This document shows, in pieces, positions 49,481 to 59,287 of a stretch of 64,000 bases of DNA; position 1 is the first letter of the stretch, and the number at the start of each line of letters is the position of its first letter. Both the position numbers and the translations under genes were made by a program. The stretch covers positions 96,001-160,000 of the forward strand of contig LRSL01000069.1 of assembly GCA_001563335.1 (NCBI GenBank), given 5' to 3'. The notes under the pieces are model-generated. The model was given only the letters and a program-made list of their open reading frames with translations. It ran no database searches and had not been told where the DNA came from. The DNA comes from Candidatus Thorarchaeota archaeon SMTZ1-45 (lineage in GTDB: Archaea > Asgardarchaeota > Thorarchaeia > Thorarchaeales > Thorarchaeaceae).

Positions 49481-50752
49481 CTACTCAGTGATCTTAGCTG
49501 TGATGTTAGCTCCCTCTTCCATAGCATCAACAAGGATACTACCTTGACGGGTCTTTATTCGTATGGAACTTTCTCCATTTCTCCCAACAACAGTCGTGAA
49601 GAGATACAAATCATCTGCAAATATCTCTATTCTCTGTTTGGAATATTTCCTACCAGTATATATTGTGACCTTTTTCTTACTATAGCTTACAGAAACAGGG
49701 ACTGTTTCACCTGGCACACCTTTTCCAACATGTTTTCTTTCACCCTTTATAGAAGGTGCAAATGTACCTCTAACTGGAACCACAACTTTTTCTCCACCAA
49801 ATGAAAACATCTCAAACTCTAAGATTCCTCGTTCAAAATCTCGGACTTCAACGACCGGTCTTGCTAGGTCTCTCTGTGTACCTCCCATCCCAGTAGGTAA
49901 TTTCACTTTCAATGAGAGAGAAGACACTTTGGACACACGTCCATCCTCAATATGAACTACAGTATCCACCGTACTAGGGACCTGTCCTAACTCGACTCTT
50001 CCTCCAAGAATCAGTCTTTGAAGCGCATCAATAGCTGAACCTGCATGTACAACTCCCACCATTCCCACACCTGCTGAACGAAGATCCGAATAAGCCTGAA
50101 AATCTGAATTCTTTCGGAGTTCATCATAAATGACAAAATCTGGACGAACTAGAAGCAATATGTCTGCGGCTTTTTCCATGCTTCCATCAAGAGGTGAGTA
50201 TTGAACGATAGCCTCTTCTACTTGTAGGTCTCTAGGCTGTTCTAGTGTCTTTACGACATTACCCTTGCTGCCATAAAACTCAGCGAGGGCTGCTGCAAAG
50301 GTACTCTTACCAGATCCTGGCGACCCTGAAACAAGTATACCCTCAGCTCGTGATTCAAGTCTAGTCATCAGCTTTGGACTGAGCTCATAATCAGCAAGAC
50401 TCAGTTTCACAATTGGGCGAATTGCAGAAATCTCCATCTTATCAGCAAAAGGTCTTCTGGCAATGGCGATTCTAAGATTCCTTAATTGGACTACAGCAGC
50501 TCCTTCTTCTTCTATCTCAATGAATGAATTATTATCGTTCTCTGCTGTTTCAAGAATTGCTTCTGCAAGAACATCAAGTTCCTCATAGGTGAGTATTCTA
50601 TCAGATAACTCTACCAACTCCCAATTTCCAGGTTCACCTCTCTTAGCACGAGGGGGGTTATTCTCTATAAGATGTACACTCATTGTATGATCATCAAAGA
50701 ATGCCTTGAGAGTCAGAATCTCTTCACTGTCTTCATTGTTCTTCACTATCAT
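49481..50752 (-). CDS. PINA-like (PilT-family) ATPase lacking the N-terminal PIN domain
   Basis: FFDDHTMSVHL...AKRGEPG, GSPGSGKST, LLVRPD..IYDELR, GVVHA, DLARPVVEVRDF. Confidence 0.85.
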   Translation of the reverse strand: MIVKNNEDSEEILTLKAFFDDHTMSVHLIENNPPRAKRGEPGNWELVELSDRILTYEELDVLAEAILETAENDNNSFIEIEEEGAAVVQLRNLRIAIARRPFADKMEISAIRPIVKLSLADYELSPKLMTRLESRAEGILVSGSPGSGKSTFAAALAEFYGSKGNVVKTLEQPRDLQVEEAIVQYSPLDGSMEKAADILLLVRPDFVIYDELRKNSDFQAYSDLRSAGVGMVGVVHAGSAIDALQRLILGGRVELGQVPSTVDTVVHIEDGRVSKVSSLSLKVKLPTGMGGTQRDLARPVVEVRDFERGILEFEMFSFGGEKVVVPVRGTFAPSIKGERKHVGKGVPGETVPVSVSYSKKKVTIYTGRKYSKQRIEIFADDLYLFTTVVGRNGESSIRIKTRQGSILVDAMEEGANITAKITE

Positions 50753-51368
50753 CACTTCCACGATTTCGAAGAGTGGCCTGAGCAACTCGATAGAAGTTCA
50801 CCTCTCCATTTTGATCCACAAGAGCAAAAACAAGCTTCTTTCGAGAGCCAGCAGCTGTTTTTGTAACCATATCTAAATCACTTAGAGATATTGGTACGCC
50901 CTCTTTTAACACGTAGACTAACTGACTGGCACTCGCTACCCCTGGTTTCTCACCTCGAGCATATATACGAAATCCAATACCACCGCCAAACCCCTGACGT
51001 ACAGCATATCCTCTACTTCTCAGGTCTCTAAACACAAGATATCTGGTCCATAGATCTGGGTCTTCATCGAGTAGTTCATTCACGATAGAATCTGGTCCTA
51101 TGGTTTCACCATTAGGTCTTCTGACAATTAGTCGTTTTCGTTCAAGAAGGTGTAATAATTCCACAGAGTCTAATTCAAGCCTATTACCATCAATACGATT
51201 TCCATAGAATCCCTGCTGTGAGATTCGGTCAGCATCCTCACTACCAACATACCCCTTTCCATTTTCGAAAATTGCCTCTGCAGGTTCCTCTACTATATCA
51301 TCATCCAACTCATATTCTTCAAGATCTTCAGAAGATTCCTGCTCGAGATATTCTTCATCGTCTTTCAA
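50733..51368 (-). CDS. endA: tRNA-splicing endonuclease subunit
   Basis: LELDSVELLHLLE, YLVFRDLRSRGY, FRIYARG, RKKLVFALVD. Confidence 0.9.
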   Translation of the reverse strand: MKDDEEYLEQESSEDLEEYELDDDIVEEPAEAIFENGKGYVGSEDADRISQQGFYGNRIDGNRLELDSVELLHLLERKRLIVRRPNGETIGPDSIVNELLDEDPDLWTRYLVFRDLRSRGYAVRQGFGGGIGFRIYARGEKPGVASASQLVYVLKEGVPISLSDLDMVTKTAAGSRKKLVFALVDQNGEVNFYRVAQATLRNRGSDDSEEQ

Positions 51369-51463
51369 CTACATTTCGCCTGCTTGGTCTAGCCAAGACG
51401 ATAATGTGAAAAACCCTTCGGCACGCCACAAGAACTATAGCCAATTCCGAAAGAAATCCTGTT

Positions 51464-51961
51464 GTGTCAACCAGCAGATTTGATGAAGAACTAAGGAACT
51501 TTATCCTTGGTGCTAAAAAGATTGCAATCCTCGGTCTTGGAAACGACCTACGTTCGGATGATGGACTTGGACTGTATTTCATAGAAAAACTCAGCATAGA
51601 TGATCCTCGAGTGATGATTGAGAATGTTGGATCAGTTCCTGAAGGGTTTACACAACCATTGGCTGAGTTTGGTGCTGACAGAATAATCATGATTGACGCT
51701 GCTGACATGAGAAAGTCTCCTGGACATACTGAGCTTATCACTAAGGACCGTATAGGTGGAATCAGCATTAGCACTCACAGCATGCCGCTTTCATTTCTAA
51801 TGATGTATCTAGAGCAGGCAACAGGCGGCAAAACAGTACTGATTGGTATTCAGCCGAAAAATATACAGTTTGGTGAGGGTTTGACACCAGAGATTCAAGA
51901 AGTTGTTGATAGAGTTGTCAACACTTTAGAACGTATATTGATAGAATACTTGAGAGGATAA
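51464..51961 (+). CDS. Hydrogenase maturation protease (HycI-like)
   Basis: LGLGNDLRSDDGLG, VPE, IDAAD, STHSMP, IGIQP. Confidence 0.92.
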   Translation: MSTSRFDEELRNFILGAKKIAILGLGNDLRSDDGLGLYFIEKLSIDDPRVMIENVGSVPEGFTQPLAEFGADRIIMIDAADMRKSPGHTELITKDRIGGISISTHSMPLSFLMMYLEQATGGKTVLIGIQPKNIQFGEGLTPEIQEVVDRVVNTLERILIEYLRG

Positions 51962-51965
51962 AGAG

Positions 51966-53000
51966 ATGTTTCGAACAATTGAATGGCTTGATGACACTGC
52001 AAAGGTACGTCTCGTAGACCAGACTAAACTTCCACTCACTCTAGAGCATATTGTAACTGACAGCCACGAACGTATTGCTAAATCAATCAAGACAATGGAG
52101 ATTCGTGGCGCTCCTGCTATTGGGGCAGCTGCAGGGATGGGTATGGCACTGGCTGCAATTGAGAGTAAAGCCAGAACGTTTGGAGACCTGATGGAGTATC
52201 TTGAGAATGCCGCAGTCACACTAAATACACGACCCACCGCAGTAAATCTGACTTGGGCAACGAATAGAATGCTGGAGGTTGCAAAGACCACAGAGGGAAG
52301 TATTGACGATATTATTCAAAGATTGATTGAAGAGGCAAAAGAGATTGCTGAGGAAGATGTCCGTATGAGCAGGAATATGGGTGAACAAGCGCTTGCTCTA
52401 ATAAAACCAGGTTACACGATTCAAACTATATGCAATGCAGGATCTTTGGCTACAGTTCACCTTGGTACTGTAGGGGCTGTTGTCCGAGTAGCTCATGAGA
52501 AATATGATGGTAACATCAAGGTGTATGCTGTAGAAACCAGACCTCGACAACAGGGAGCACGTCTCACAGTATTCGAGTTCATGGAAGATGGTATCGATAC
52601 GACTCTAATAACTGATGGTATGATTGGTACAGTATTTCGTGAGGGAAGAGTTGATTGTTGTGTTGTGGGTGCTGACAGAATTCTAAGAACAGGCCATGTA
52701 ATCAATAAGATTGGAACCTATACCATGGCAATCGCAGCAAAATACCATAACATACCGTTCTATTCAGTAGTTCCAATATCAACAATCGATATGGTCACTG
52801 ACCCTGAGGATGTGATCATTGAGGAACGTGATCCTGATGAGATCCGTATCATCAATGATGAATACATCACAGTTCCTGATGCAAAAGTGTACAACCCTGC
52901 ATTTGACATGACTCCTCCTGAGCTAGTAGACGCAATAATTACAGACAGAGGTATTGTTAGGAATCCAACAGAAGAGAAGATGCGGAAGCTCTTCGAGTAG
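51966..53000 (+). CDS. mtnA: S-methyl-5-thioribose-1-phosphate isomerase (eIF2B family)
   Basis: DQTKLP, IRGAPAIG, RPTAVNL, CNAGSLAT, ETRP, NKIGTY, NPAFD. Confidence 0.92.
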   Translation: MFRTIEWLDDTAKVRLVDQTKLPLTLEHIVTDSHERIAKSIKTMEIRGAPAIGAAAGMGMALAAIESKARTFGDLMEYLENAAVTLNTRPTAVNLTWATNRMLEVAKTTEGSIDDIIQRLIEEAKEIAEEDVRMSRNMGEQALALIKPGYTIQTICNAGSLATVHLGTVGAVVRVAHEKYDGNIKVYAVETRPRQQGARLTVFEFMEDGIDTTLITDGMIGTVFREGRVDCCVVGADRILRTGHVINKIGTYTMAIAAKYHNIPFYSVVPISTIDMVTDPEDVIIEERDPDEIRIINDEYITVPDAKVYNPAFDMTPPELVDAIITDRGIVRNPTEEKMRKLFE

Positions 53001-53062
53001 AACAGCCACTTTCAAAAATACTATAGAAGTCCTTAAGAGTCAAACAAATCAGACTTTCTTTG

Positions 53063-53140
53063 GGGCGCGTAGTCTAGTTTGGATAAGGCACCAGCCTTCG
53101 GAGCTGGGTATCCCAGGTTCAAATCCTGGCGCGCCCGCCA
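53063..53140 (+). tRNA. tRNA-Arg(TCG)
   Basis: GGGCGCG/CGCGCCC-G-CCA; CCAGC-CT-TCG-GA-GCTGG; no intron. Confidence 0.95.
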
Positions 53141-53247
53141 TCTGTTAATTATCATTATAGCATATCATCAAAGGCTGATACTGCTTAGAACAAGCAATCC
53201 CAGAGATACCAATAGCAGGTACTGTTCTAAATAAATTACAAAAAGAA

Positions 53248-53466
53248 CTACTTCTTCCCAAGCTTCTTATTCCATACATCTAAAAAATACTCCAAAGACC
53301 TATCATAGGTTCTCTCTGCCTCTGGAGGAAACAGACAACCCGGAAGTTCGCGGTGTTTCCAGTGGTAATCAAGGCAATCACAACAATACCCCTTCCTTGA
53401 ACATCCGGGGTATGTACAATCACATCGCTCCTTGTTTCTATCTGTGGGACAAGTTCTGCCAGTCAT
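53248..53466 (-). CDS. Small Cys-rich protein (DUF6485-like)
   Basis: CDCTYPGCSRKGYCCDCLDYH...LPGCLF...ERTYDRS. Confidence 0.8.
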   Translation of the reverse strand: MTGRTCPTDRNKERCDCTYPGCSRKGYCCDCLDYHWKHRELPGCLFPPEAERTYDRSLEYFLDVWNKKLGKK

Positions 53467-53557
53467 CGAAGCTCAATACTCTTTTCTTCTAATACGTTAA
53501 AACCTGATTGGTTAGTACAGTAGGCTAATAGCAATGAAGTACTGAAGTAGAAATAGC

Positions 53558-54343
53558 ATGGACCTATCAAAGTGGTTTCCAACAATCCCAACTGGTGTTG
53601 ATGGAACTATCCTCAATCCTGAAAGAATCATCACATTAGAAGAGATTCTGGCTGAAACCTATGGTCGTAAGGCCTCTCTCTTGTCATTAGAACGACTGAA
53701 GAGTAGGAAGAACATCGTTATTCATCTTGAGATAGCGAAAGAAGAACAGATTATACCTAGCAATGTTGTTGCAAAGATGTTCGTGGTTGATAAATTTGAC
53801 ATTGAACTTCGAATATTAAAATCCAGTTGGGAGAAGTCGCTTGCTGTTCCTGAAGTTATTGAGGCAAGAGATGGTGTAATCCTCATGGATTACATAAATG
53901 GAGAACCCCTTGTTGATGTCTTAAATCGAACGTTCGAACAATCACTTATTGACATGCTAGCTGAATGGTATTACAATTATCATAATGCTCATGATATGAT
54001 CAAAGGTGACCCAAGACTTCGAAATTTCATCTACAATAACAGTAGAATCTATGGGGTTGACTATGAAGAAACTTGTCCTGGTCCATGGGTTTTGGACATT
54101 GGAGGTGCCGCTGCAAGTATATTAGACACAGATCCTATCTTTGATGTCAGAAAACAAAAGCTATGTTGGGCACTTCTTGAAACCTACTTGGACCTTATTG
54201 GTGAAGAAAGGACCTCTGAGATTGAGAGTAAGTTCAACGAAACTGTGGCTGATACACTAAAAAAGACCGCAATTTGGCGAAATAATGCTGAAATCATGTC
54301 AATTTCAGAAACTGTTCGACAAAATGGCATCCCTTTCGAATAA
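53558..54343 (+). CDS. Protein-kinase-like (RIO/Bud32/APH-type) kinase
   Basis: VVAK, LAVPEV, ILMDYING, KGDPRLRNF, GVDYEE. Confidence 0.8.
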   Translation: MDLSKWFPTIPTGVDGTILNPERIITLEEILAETYGRKASLLSLERLKSRKNIVIHLEIAKEEQIIPSNVVAKMFVVDKFDIELRILKSSWEKSLAVPEVIEARDGVILMDYINGEPLVDVLNRTFEQSLIDMLAEWYYNYHNAHDMIKGDPRLRNFIYNNSRIYGVDYEETCPGPWVLDIGGAAASILDTDPIFDVRKQKLCWALLETYLDLIGEERTSEIESKFNETVADTLKKTAIWRNNAEIMSISETVRQNGIPFE

Positions 54344-54428
54344 GTGACTAAATTACTTAACTCCCCAAGGTTCTTAACACTGTTATGCAGAATATCGAAG
54401 TATACAGTCAAACATATCGGGTGCTGTT

Positions 54429-55706
54429 ATGGAACAAAAACAGAACGCACTAGTCATTATTACAATACTTATCATGACTAGTGTGTCATTTATTGGTCTA
54501 TACCAACTCATAGAACCCGATGCTAATCCCATACTTAATTTCTATGTCTTTGGTGATTCACAAGGTTATCAAGAAGGAATCATAGAGATTGCTGAAATTG
54601 CTAATCAAGAAACCCCAGATTTTGTATTCCATTGCGGAGACCTTACGCCATTCGGACAACCTAATCAGTATGACGAGGTTATTTCTGCTTTAGAACTCTT
54701 CACAGTCCCAGTCTATACCACAATAGGTAATCATGATATTCGTGAAGGTGGTGCAGAGAGATACATTCAACACTTTGGCTCTTCCACCTATTCCTTCGAT
54801 TTAGGTCCTGCTCATTTTACAGTTTTCAACACTTCAACAGGAGATGTTTCTGAAGCTGAAATGACCTGGCTTGAGAATGACCTTTCACAATCAAGTTCTG
54901 AAACTAAGTTTGTGTTCACGCACATTCCACCTTTTGATCCAAGAATAAACCAAGATCATGGAATATTGAATATTACAACAGCAGAGCGGTTGACATTACT
55001 TTTCGAAACCCATGGTGTTAACACGGTTTTCACAGGACACATCCACATGTATAATCAGAGCATGAAGAATGGTGTGCGATATGTGATAACTGGGGGTGCA
55101 GGAGCGAGTCTCTATGCTAGTGAAGAGGAAGGAGGTATCTATCACTTCGTGAATGTCACGCTTGCAGAAACAGGAGTGGAAATTTCCTCAGTCTTACTCA
55201 GTCCTCCAACATTGGAACGCGACAGAGTAGTTATTCGCGGATCTGATGAGGATGTTACCCTTTCTCTCTCTGATTTGACTGATATGGAAACAATCGAAGG
55301 GTGGAGTTCTTTTCAAAACCAATTGGGCAACTGGCGTGGATATGGTCTTTATCGAGGTGTTAGGGTGTCAGACCTTCTAGAACTTGTAGGCGGCATGGGG
55401 AATTCTGATATTGTTCGTGTTATCTCCTTTGATGGCTACTCACAAAATTTCTCGTATGACAATGTGTACCCCAACAGTTCCTGGTATGACATTCAAGGCG
55501 ATATGATTCTGGCATTCAAAATGAATGAAACTGATGTCCTCGAATGGACTGATGGTATGCGGTTGGTAATGTTGCCTGCTGATGAAGCATATAGCAATGA
55601 GGATTGTCTTACCACATCAGCTCTCGGAATGGGTTGCCAAACCTATCTCTCTGCAGGCGCAAGGTGGGTCAGATTTGTATCATTCATCGAGGTGATTTCA
55701 GGATGA
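54429..55706 (+). CDS. Membrane-anchored calcineurin-like phosphoesterase fused to a sulfite-oxidase-type Moco-binding-like domain
   Basis: GDSQ, GDLT, GNHD, THIPP, GHIH; C-terminal YRGVRVSDLL...SFDGY...MILAF...RWVRFVSFIEV. Confidence 0.8.
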   Translation: MEQKQNALVIITILIMTSVSFIGLYQLIEPDANPILNFYVFGDSQGYQEGIIEIAEIANQETPDFVFHCGDLTPFGQPNQYDEVISALELFTVPVYTTIGNHDIREGGAERYIQHFGSSTYSFDLGPAHFTVFNTSTGDVSEAEMTWLENDLSQSSSETKFVFTHIPPFDPRINQDHGILNITTAERLTLLFETHGVNTVFTGHIHMYNQSMKNGVRYVITGGAGASLYASEEEGGIYHFVNVTLAETGVEISSVLLSPPTLERDRVVIRGSDEDVTLSLSDLTDMETIEGWSSFQNQLGNWRGYGLYRGVRVSDLLELVGGMGNSDIVRVISFDGYSQNFSYDNVYPNSSWYDIQGDMILAFKMNETDVLEWTDGMRLVMLPADEAYSNEDCLTTSALGMGCQTYLSAGARWVRFVSFIEVISG

Positions 55707-56773
55707 GCGAATCTTCCGGTTTTACTTTCACACGAGAAGTAGTTATAATTGCCGTACTCAGTGCTTTAGGGGGGTCTCTAAGCACATTTATTGGCTATTT
55801 GGGTAATCTTGTTAATATCACTCTTGGCGTTCCTTTTGGAGCTGGTCAGTTCATGGCTGGTCTTCATGTATTCTGGATTGTTTTAATGAGAGTCCTAGTC
55901 CCGAAAAATGGCGTTGGGACCATGGGAGGTCTCTTGAAGGGCACAGTTGAGATGTTCACTGGAAGTACCCATGGGATAGTAGTTGTGATAGTTTCGGTTG
56001 TTCAGGGCGTCTTTGTCGACATTGCTGGATTAATCACACGTAATAATCAAAACATAACTGAAAATTCTCGTGTGATTTGGTGGTTCTTTGCAGGCATTTC
56101 ATCAGCTTCCAATGTTATAATTTTTCAACTGTTCTATTTTGCAGGCGTTCCTGATATCTATATAGTGATAATCTCGCTCCTTGCATTCTGCTCGGGAGTC
56201 ATCTTTGCAGGATTCTTTGCTTGGGAAACATTAGAGTTCCTTAATGATGCTGGCTTAATACTTAGAAGATTTCCCAGCATACGTACAGAACTCCAGGAAA
56301 GGAGTAACAAATCAGTTCTCTATAGGCGAAATGTACCAGCTGTTGCATTCATTCTTCTCATGGTAATAGGTGTGACATACTATGTTGGATTTGTCAGACC
56401 TTTGATTGTGGATCCTTACTCCTGTGACATAGTTGGCCTTGTAGAGAGTCCTTACACCTTCAATATTGCGTCCTATTCTGAAACCACAGTGACAATCGAA
56501 GCTGAGCTGATTGGTGCATATACTCATCTCCCAGCTGCGAACTATACCGGTGTTCTTCTTAATATAATATTACAGCAAGCTAGTCCACTTCCCGAGGCAA
56601 CAGGTCTCAGAGTGATAGCTCGAGATGGATATCAGGTAGAGTTCAATCTCAATAATGTGATGAATGATGGTCGTCTACTATTAACAAATAATCATGATGG
56701 TTTGTGGTTAATTGCTGCTGAGTACGACGGTTCATTCTGGGTGCGACAAGTCTTCACACTTCAAGTAATCTAG
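55703..56773 (+). CDS. ECF transporter S-component fused to a Moco-binding-like domain
   Basis: About 6-7 TM helices (PKNGVGTMGGLLKGTVE, VQGVFVD); C-terminal IVGLVESP...YTGVLL...ARDGY...FWVRQV. Confidence 0.75.
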   Translation: MSESSGFTFTREVVIIAVLSALGGSLSTFIGYLGNLVNITLGVPFGAGQFMAGLHVFWIVLMRVLVPKNGVGTMGGLLKGTVEMFTGSTHGIVVVIVSVVQGVFVDIAGLITRNNQNITENSRVIWWFFAGISSASNVIIFQLFYFAGVPDIYIVIISLLAFCSGVIFAGFFAWETLEFLNDAGLILRRFPSIRTELQERSNKSVLYRRNVPAVAFILLMVIGVTYYVGFVRPLIVDPYSCDIVGLVESPYTFNIASYSETTVTIEAELIGAYTHLPAANYTGVLLNIILQQASPLPEATGLRVIARDGYQVEFNLNNVMNDGRLLLTNNHDGLWLIAAEYDGSFWVRQVFTLQVI

Positions 56774-56782
56774 GCGGACAAA

Positions 56783-58234
56783 ATGCTCGAGGCTCGAAAC
56801 TTATCTTTCTCATACGATGGCATCACTCCAGTCCTAAATTCACTAGATTTCCAAGTACAGCGTGGGGAAATTGTTATCATAACAGGGTCTACAGGATCTG
56901 GCAAGTCCACACTAGCAAATTGCCTCTCTGGGTTTATTCCCCGTAGTATCAAAGGCAAGTTCTCAGGTTCTATCTTGATTGATGACTCTGATATCTCAGA
57001 TTTGCCAATAGCTGAGGTCGCTCGACATGTATCGCTGGTCCAACAAGATCCTGAAAGTCAAATATGCACACTTCAGGTTTCCGATGAGGTGGCCTTTGGT
57101 CCTGAAAACCATGCTTTTGAGGTTAAAGAGATTGCAATATTGGTTGATTCATCACTGAGGTCTATTGATGCAAAACATCTGTCTGGTCGAGCAACATTTG
57201 AGCTCTCAGGAGGAGAAAAACAGAGACTAATCATCGCAGCAATGATATCATGTAGACCGAGCTACTTGATTTTGGATGAGCCATCTTCAAGTCTTGATCC
57301 AAAGGGAGTTTTCCAATTAAGGCATATTTTGAGGGACTTGAAGAAACAAAATGTTGGAGTCATAGTTATTGAACACAATATTCTAGCTTTCCAACCCGTG
57401 GCTGATAGAATTCTAATCTTATCTGATGGCAAGACTTTACTCATTGATAAACACGAAAACCAAGAATCTATACAATCAACACAAAAAATACCCAATGATA
57501 CAATTTCTCCGCTTCTTAGCACCAGGAATCTTGAGTTTTCATACGGAGATCGAAAAATTATCACAAATGTAACATTTAGTGTATATGAAAAAGAGATCAT
57601 TGGTCTGATGGGCAACAATGGATCCGGAAAGACGACTCTTCTAAATCTACTAGGTGGTCTACTAGTTCCAGACAGCGGTACAATACATATCACAGAATAT
57701 CAGTTGAAAGACTTGAACGCAAAAGAGATAGCTCGTAGAGCTGCCACTGTTTTTCAAAATCCAAACCATCAAATTTTCGAAAAAACCGTTTGGAATGAAC
57801 AAATTTTGACGTTAGAATCTCTAAATCTTGTGACTCCTGAAACACTCCAAAAGTGTGAAGTTTCATTGGATCAGGCTGGTATTGCTGATTTGAAAGATAG
57901 AAATCCATTCTCTTTGAGTCATGGACAGAAGCGACGGTTAAACGTGAGTTCGATAGCAATACACATGCCAGAGGTATTACTGTTGGATGAACCATTTATA
58001 GGGCAAGATGTGGAAGGCCGTAAGTTCATCAAAGAAACTGTGTTTGAAACAATAAATCGTGGTGGAGCTGTTCTCATTATAACTCATGATTCAAACTTTG
58101 TGCGCAACCACTGTGACAGGGTAATATTCATGGAGAATGGTTCTATACTCCTCGATGGTTCCCCCACATCTGTTTTTGAGCGTCTTGTAACAATTGGCTA
58201 TAATGAATACATTGACTCAGGGGTGCAATCATAA
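56783..58234 (+). CDS. ECF transporter duplicated ATPase (EcfA-A')
   Basis: GSTGSGKST and GNNGSGKTT, LSGGEKQR and LSHGQKRR, two DEP motifs. Confidence 0.93.
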   Translation: MLEARNLSFSYDGITPVLNSLDFQVQRGEIVIITGSTGSGKSTLANCLSGFIPRSIKGKFSGSILIDDSDISDLPIAEVARHVSLVQQDPESQICTLQVSDEVAFGPENHAFEVKEIAILVDSSLRSIDAKHLSGRATFELSGGEKQRLIIAAMISCRPSYLILDEPSSSLDPKGVFQLRHILRDLKKQNVGVIVIEHNILAFQPVADRILILSDGKTLLIDKHENQESIQSTQKIPNDTISPLLSTRNLEFSYGDRKIITNVTFSVYEKEIIGLMGNNGSGKTTLLNLLGGLLVPDSGTIHITEYQLKDLNAKEIARRAATVFQNPNHQIFEKTVWNEQILTLESLNLVTPETLQKCEVSLDQAGIADLKDRNPFSLSHGQKRRLNVSSIAIHMPEVLLLDEPFIGQDVEGRKFIKETVFETINRGGAVLIITHDSNFVRNHCDRVIFMENGSILLDGSPTSVFERLVTIGYNEYIDSGVQS

Positions 58235-59053
58235 TTGACGTCACGATTTGGATTTGTTAGGAATGACACCCCTTTACACAGACTCAATCCAACTTTGAAG
58301 CTGTTCAGTCTGATTTTTTTGATGATAGGAATAATTGTCTATCCAAGTTGGCGGCTCAGCACTGTATTACTATTCATAGTCTTCATCGGATTCTATATAG
58401 CTAAAGTTCCTCTACGTTTGACAAAGGGACGTACAAAGTTCATCATTATATTCTCTGTTTTACTGCTACTTATACAGTTACTAGTCACATCTAATGGAAC
58501 TATTCTAGGTTTCATTATACCACAGATTGGAGAATTCGGCCCGCTATTTCCAGTCACTGATTTTGGAGTAGTTCGAGGTCTTGGGATATCAACCAGGTTT
58601 CTTCTGCTAGTGTTCTCAAGTATGCTTTTCGTTTCAGTGACAGATCCCACACTTCTAGCACACTCACTGACTAAACTCAGAATTCCTTACATGTATAGCT
58701 TCTCTCTTGTGATCGCGTTGAGATTTCTTCCATTGTTCGATCTAGAGAATCATACAGTTCGGATGGCTCAGAAATCCCGAGGAATCACTCCCGAAGTTAC
58801 AGGTATTAGGAAAATTATACGCACAATTCGGTACACCTTTTTTCCATTACTAGTTTCTGCCTTATCAAGAGTAGACGCGCTCTCAATGTCGATGGATGGG
58901 AGAGGTTTTGGCTATAGATCTGATCGTTCATATTTTCGAAAATCGTCATGGAGAATGATTGACACAATAGTGACTCTGCTCGTAGTCTGTTTTCTTGCAA
59001 TCTGTTTACTTCTGTCAGTTGGTTACTTTCCTGAACTCTCATCATTTATCTAA
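58235..59053 (+). CDS. ecfT: ECF transporter transmembrane component T
   Basis: LHRLNPTLKL, IALRFLP, AQKSRG, SMDGRGF. Confidence 0.92.
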   Translation: MTSRFGFVRNDTPLHRLNPTLKLFSLIFLMIGIIVYPSWRLSTVLLFIVFIGFYIAKVPLRLTKGRTKFIIIFSVLLLLIQLLVTSNGTILGFIIPQIGEFGPLFPVTDFGVVRGLGISTRFLLLVFSSMLFVSVTDPTLLAHSLTKLRIPYMYSFSLVIALRFLPLFDLENHTVRMAQKSRGITPEVTGIRKIIRTIRYTFFPLLVSALSRVDALSMSMDGRGFGYRSDRSYFRKSSWRMIDTIVTLLVVCFLAICLLLSVGYFPELSSFI

Positions 59054-59287
59054 TCTATGCAAATGAGAGCAAATCTGGTGGAAGTTTCACTGAACACTCT
59101 CCACTTCTTGGCTATTCTATCATCATCCATTACCATACATGTTTTTGAATCATAATATCGGTATTCAAAACATTAGAGGTTCGCATCAGGAGGATTTTGT
59201 ATAAGAATTTCTACGTAATCGCTTAGATTCTTGTTTCTAATGCAAAGTATGCACGTTTCTCTCATGCAATATTGTCCAATTGAAGCA

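Noticed and set aside
53185-53230. TTAGAACA...TGTTCTAA, half-sites of the origin palindrome
   Set aside because: Spacer is 30 nt rather than 2; more likely a hairpin between convergent genes or chance
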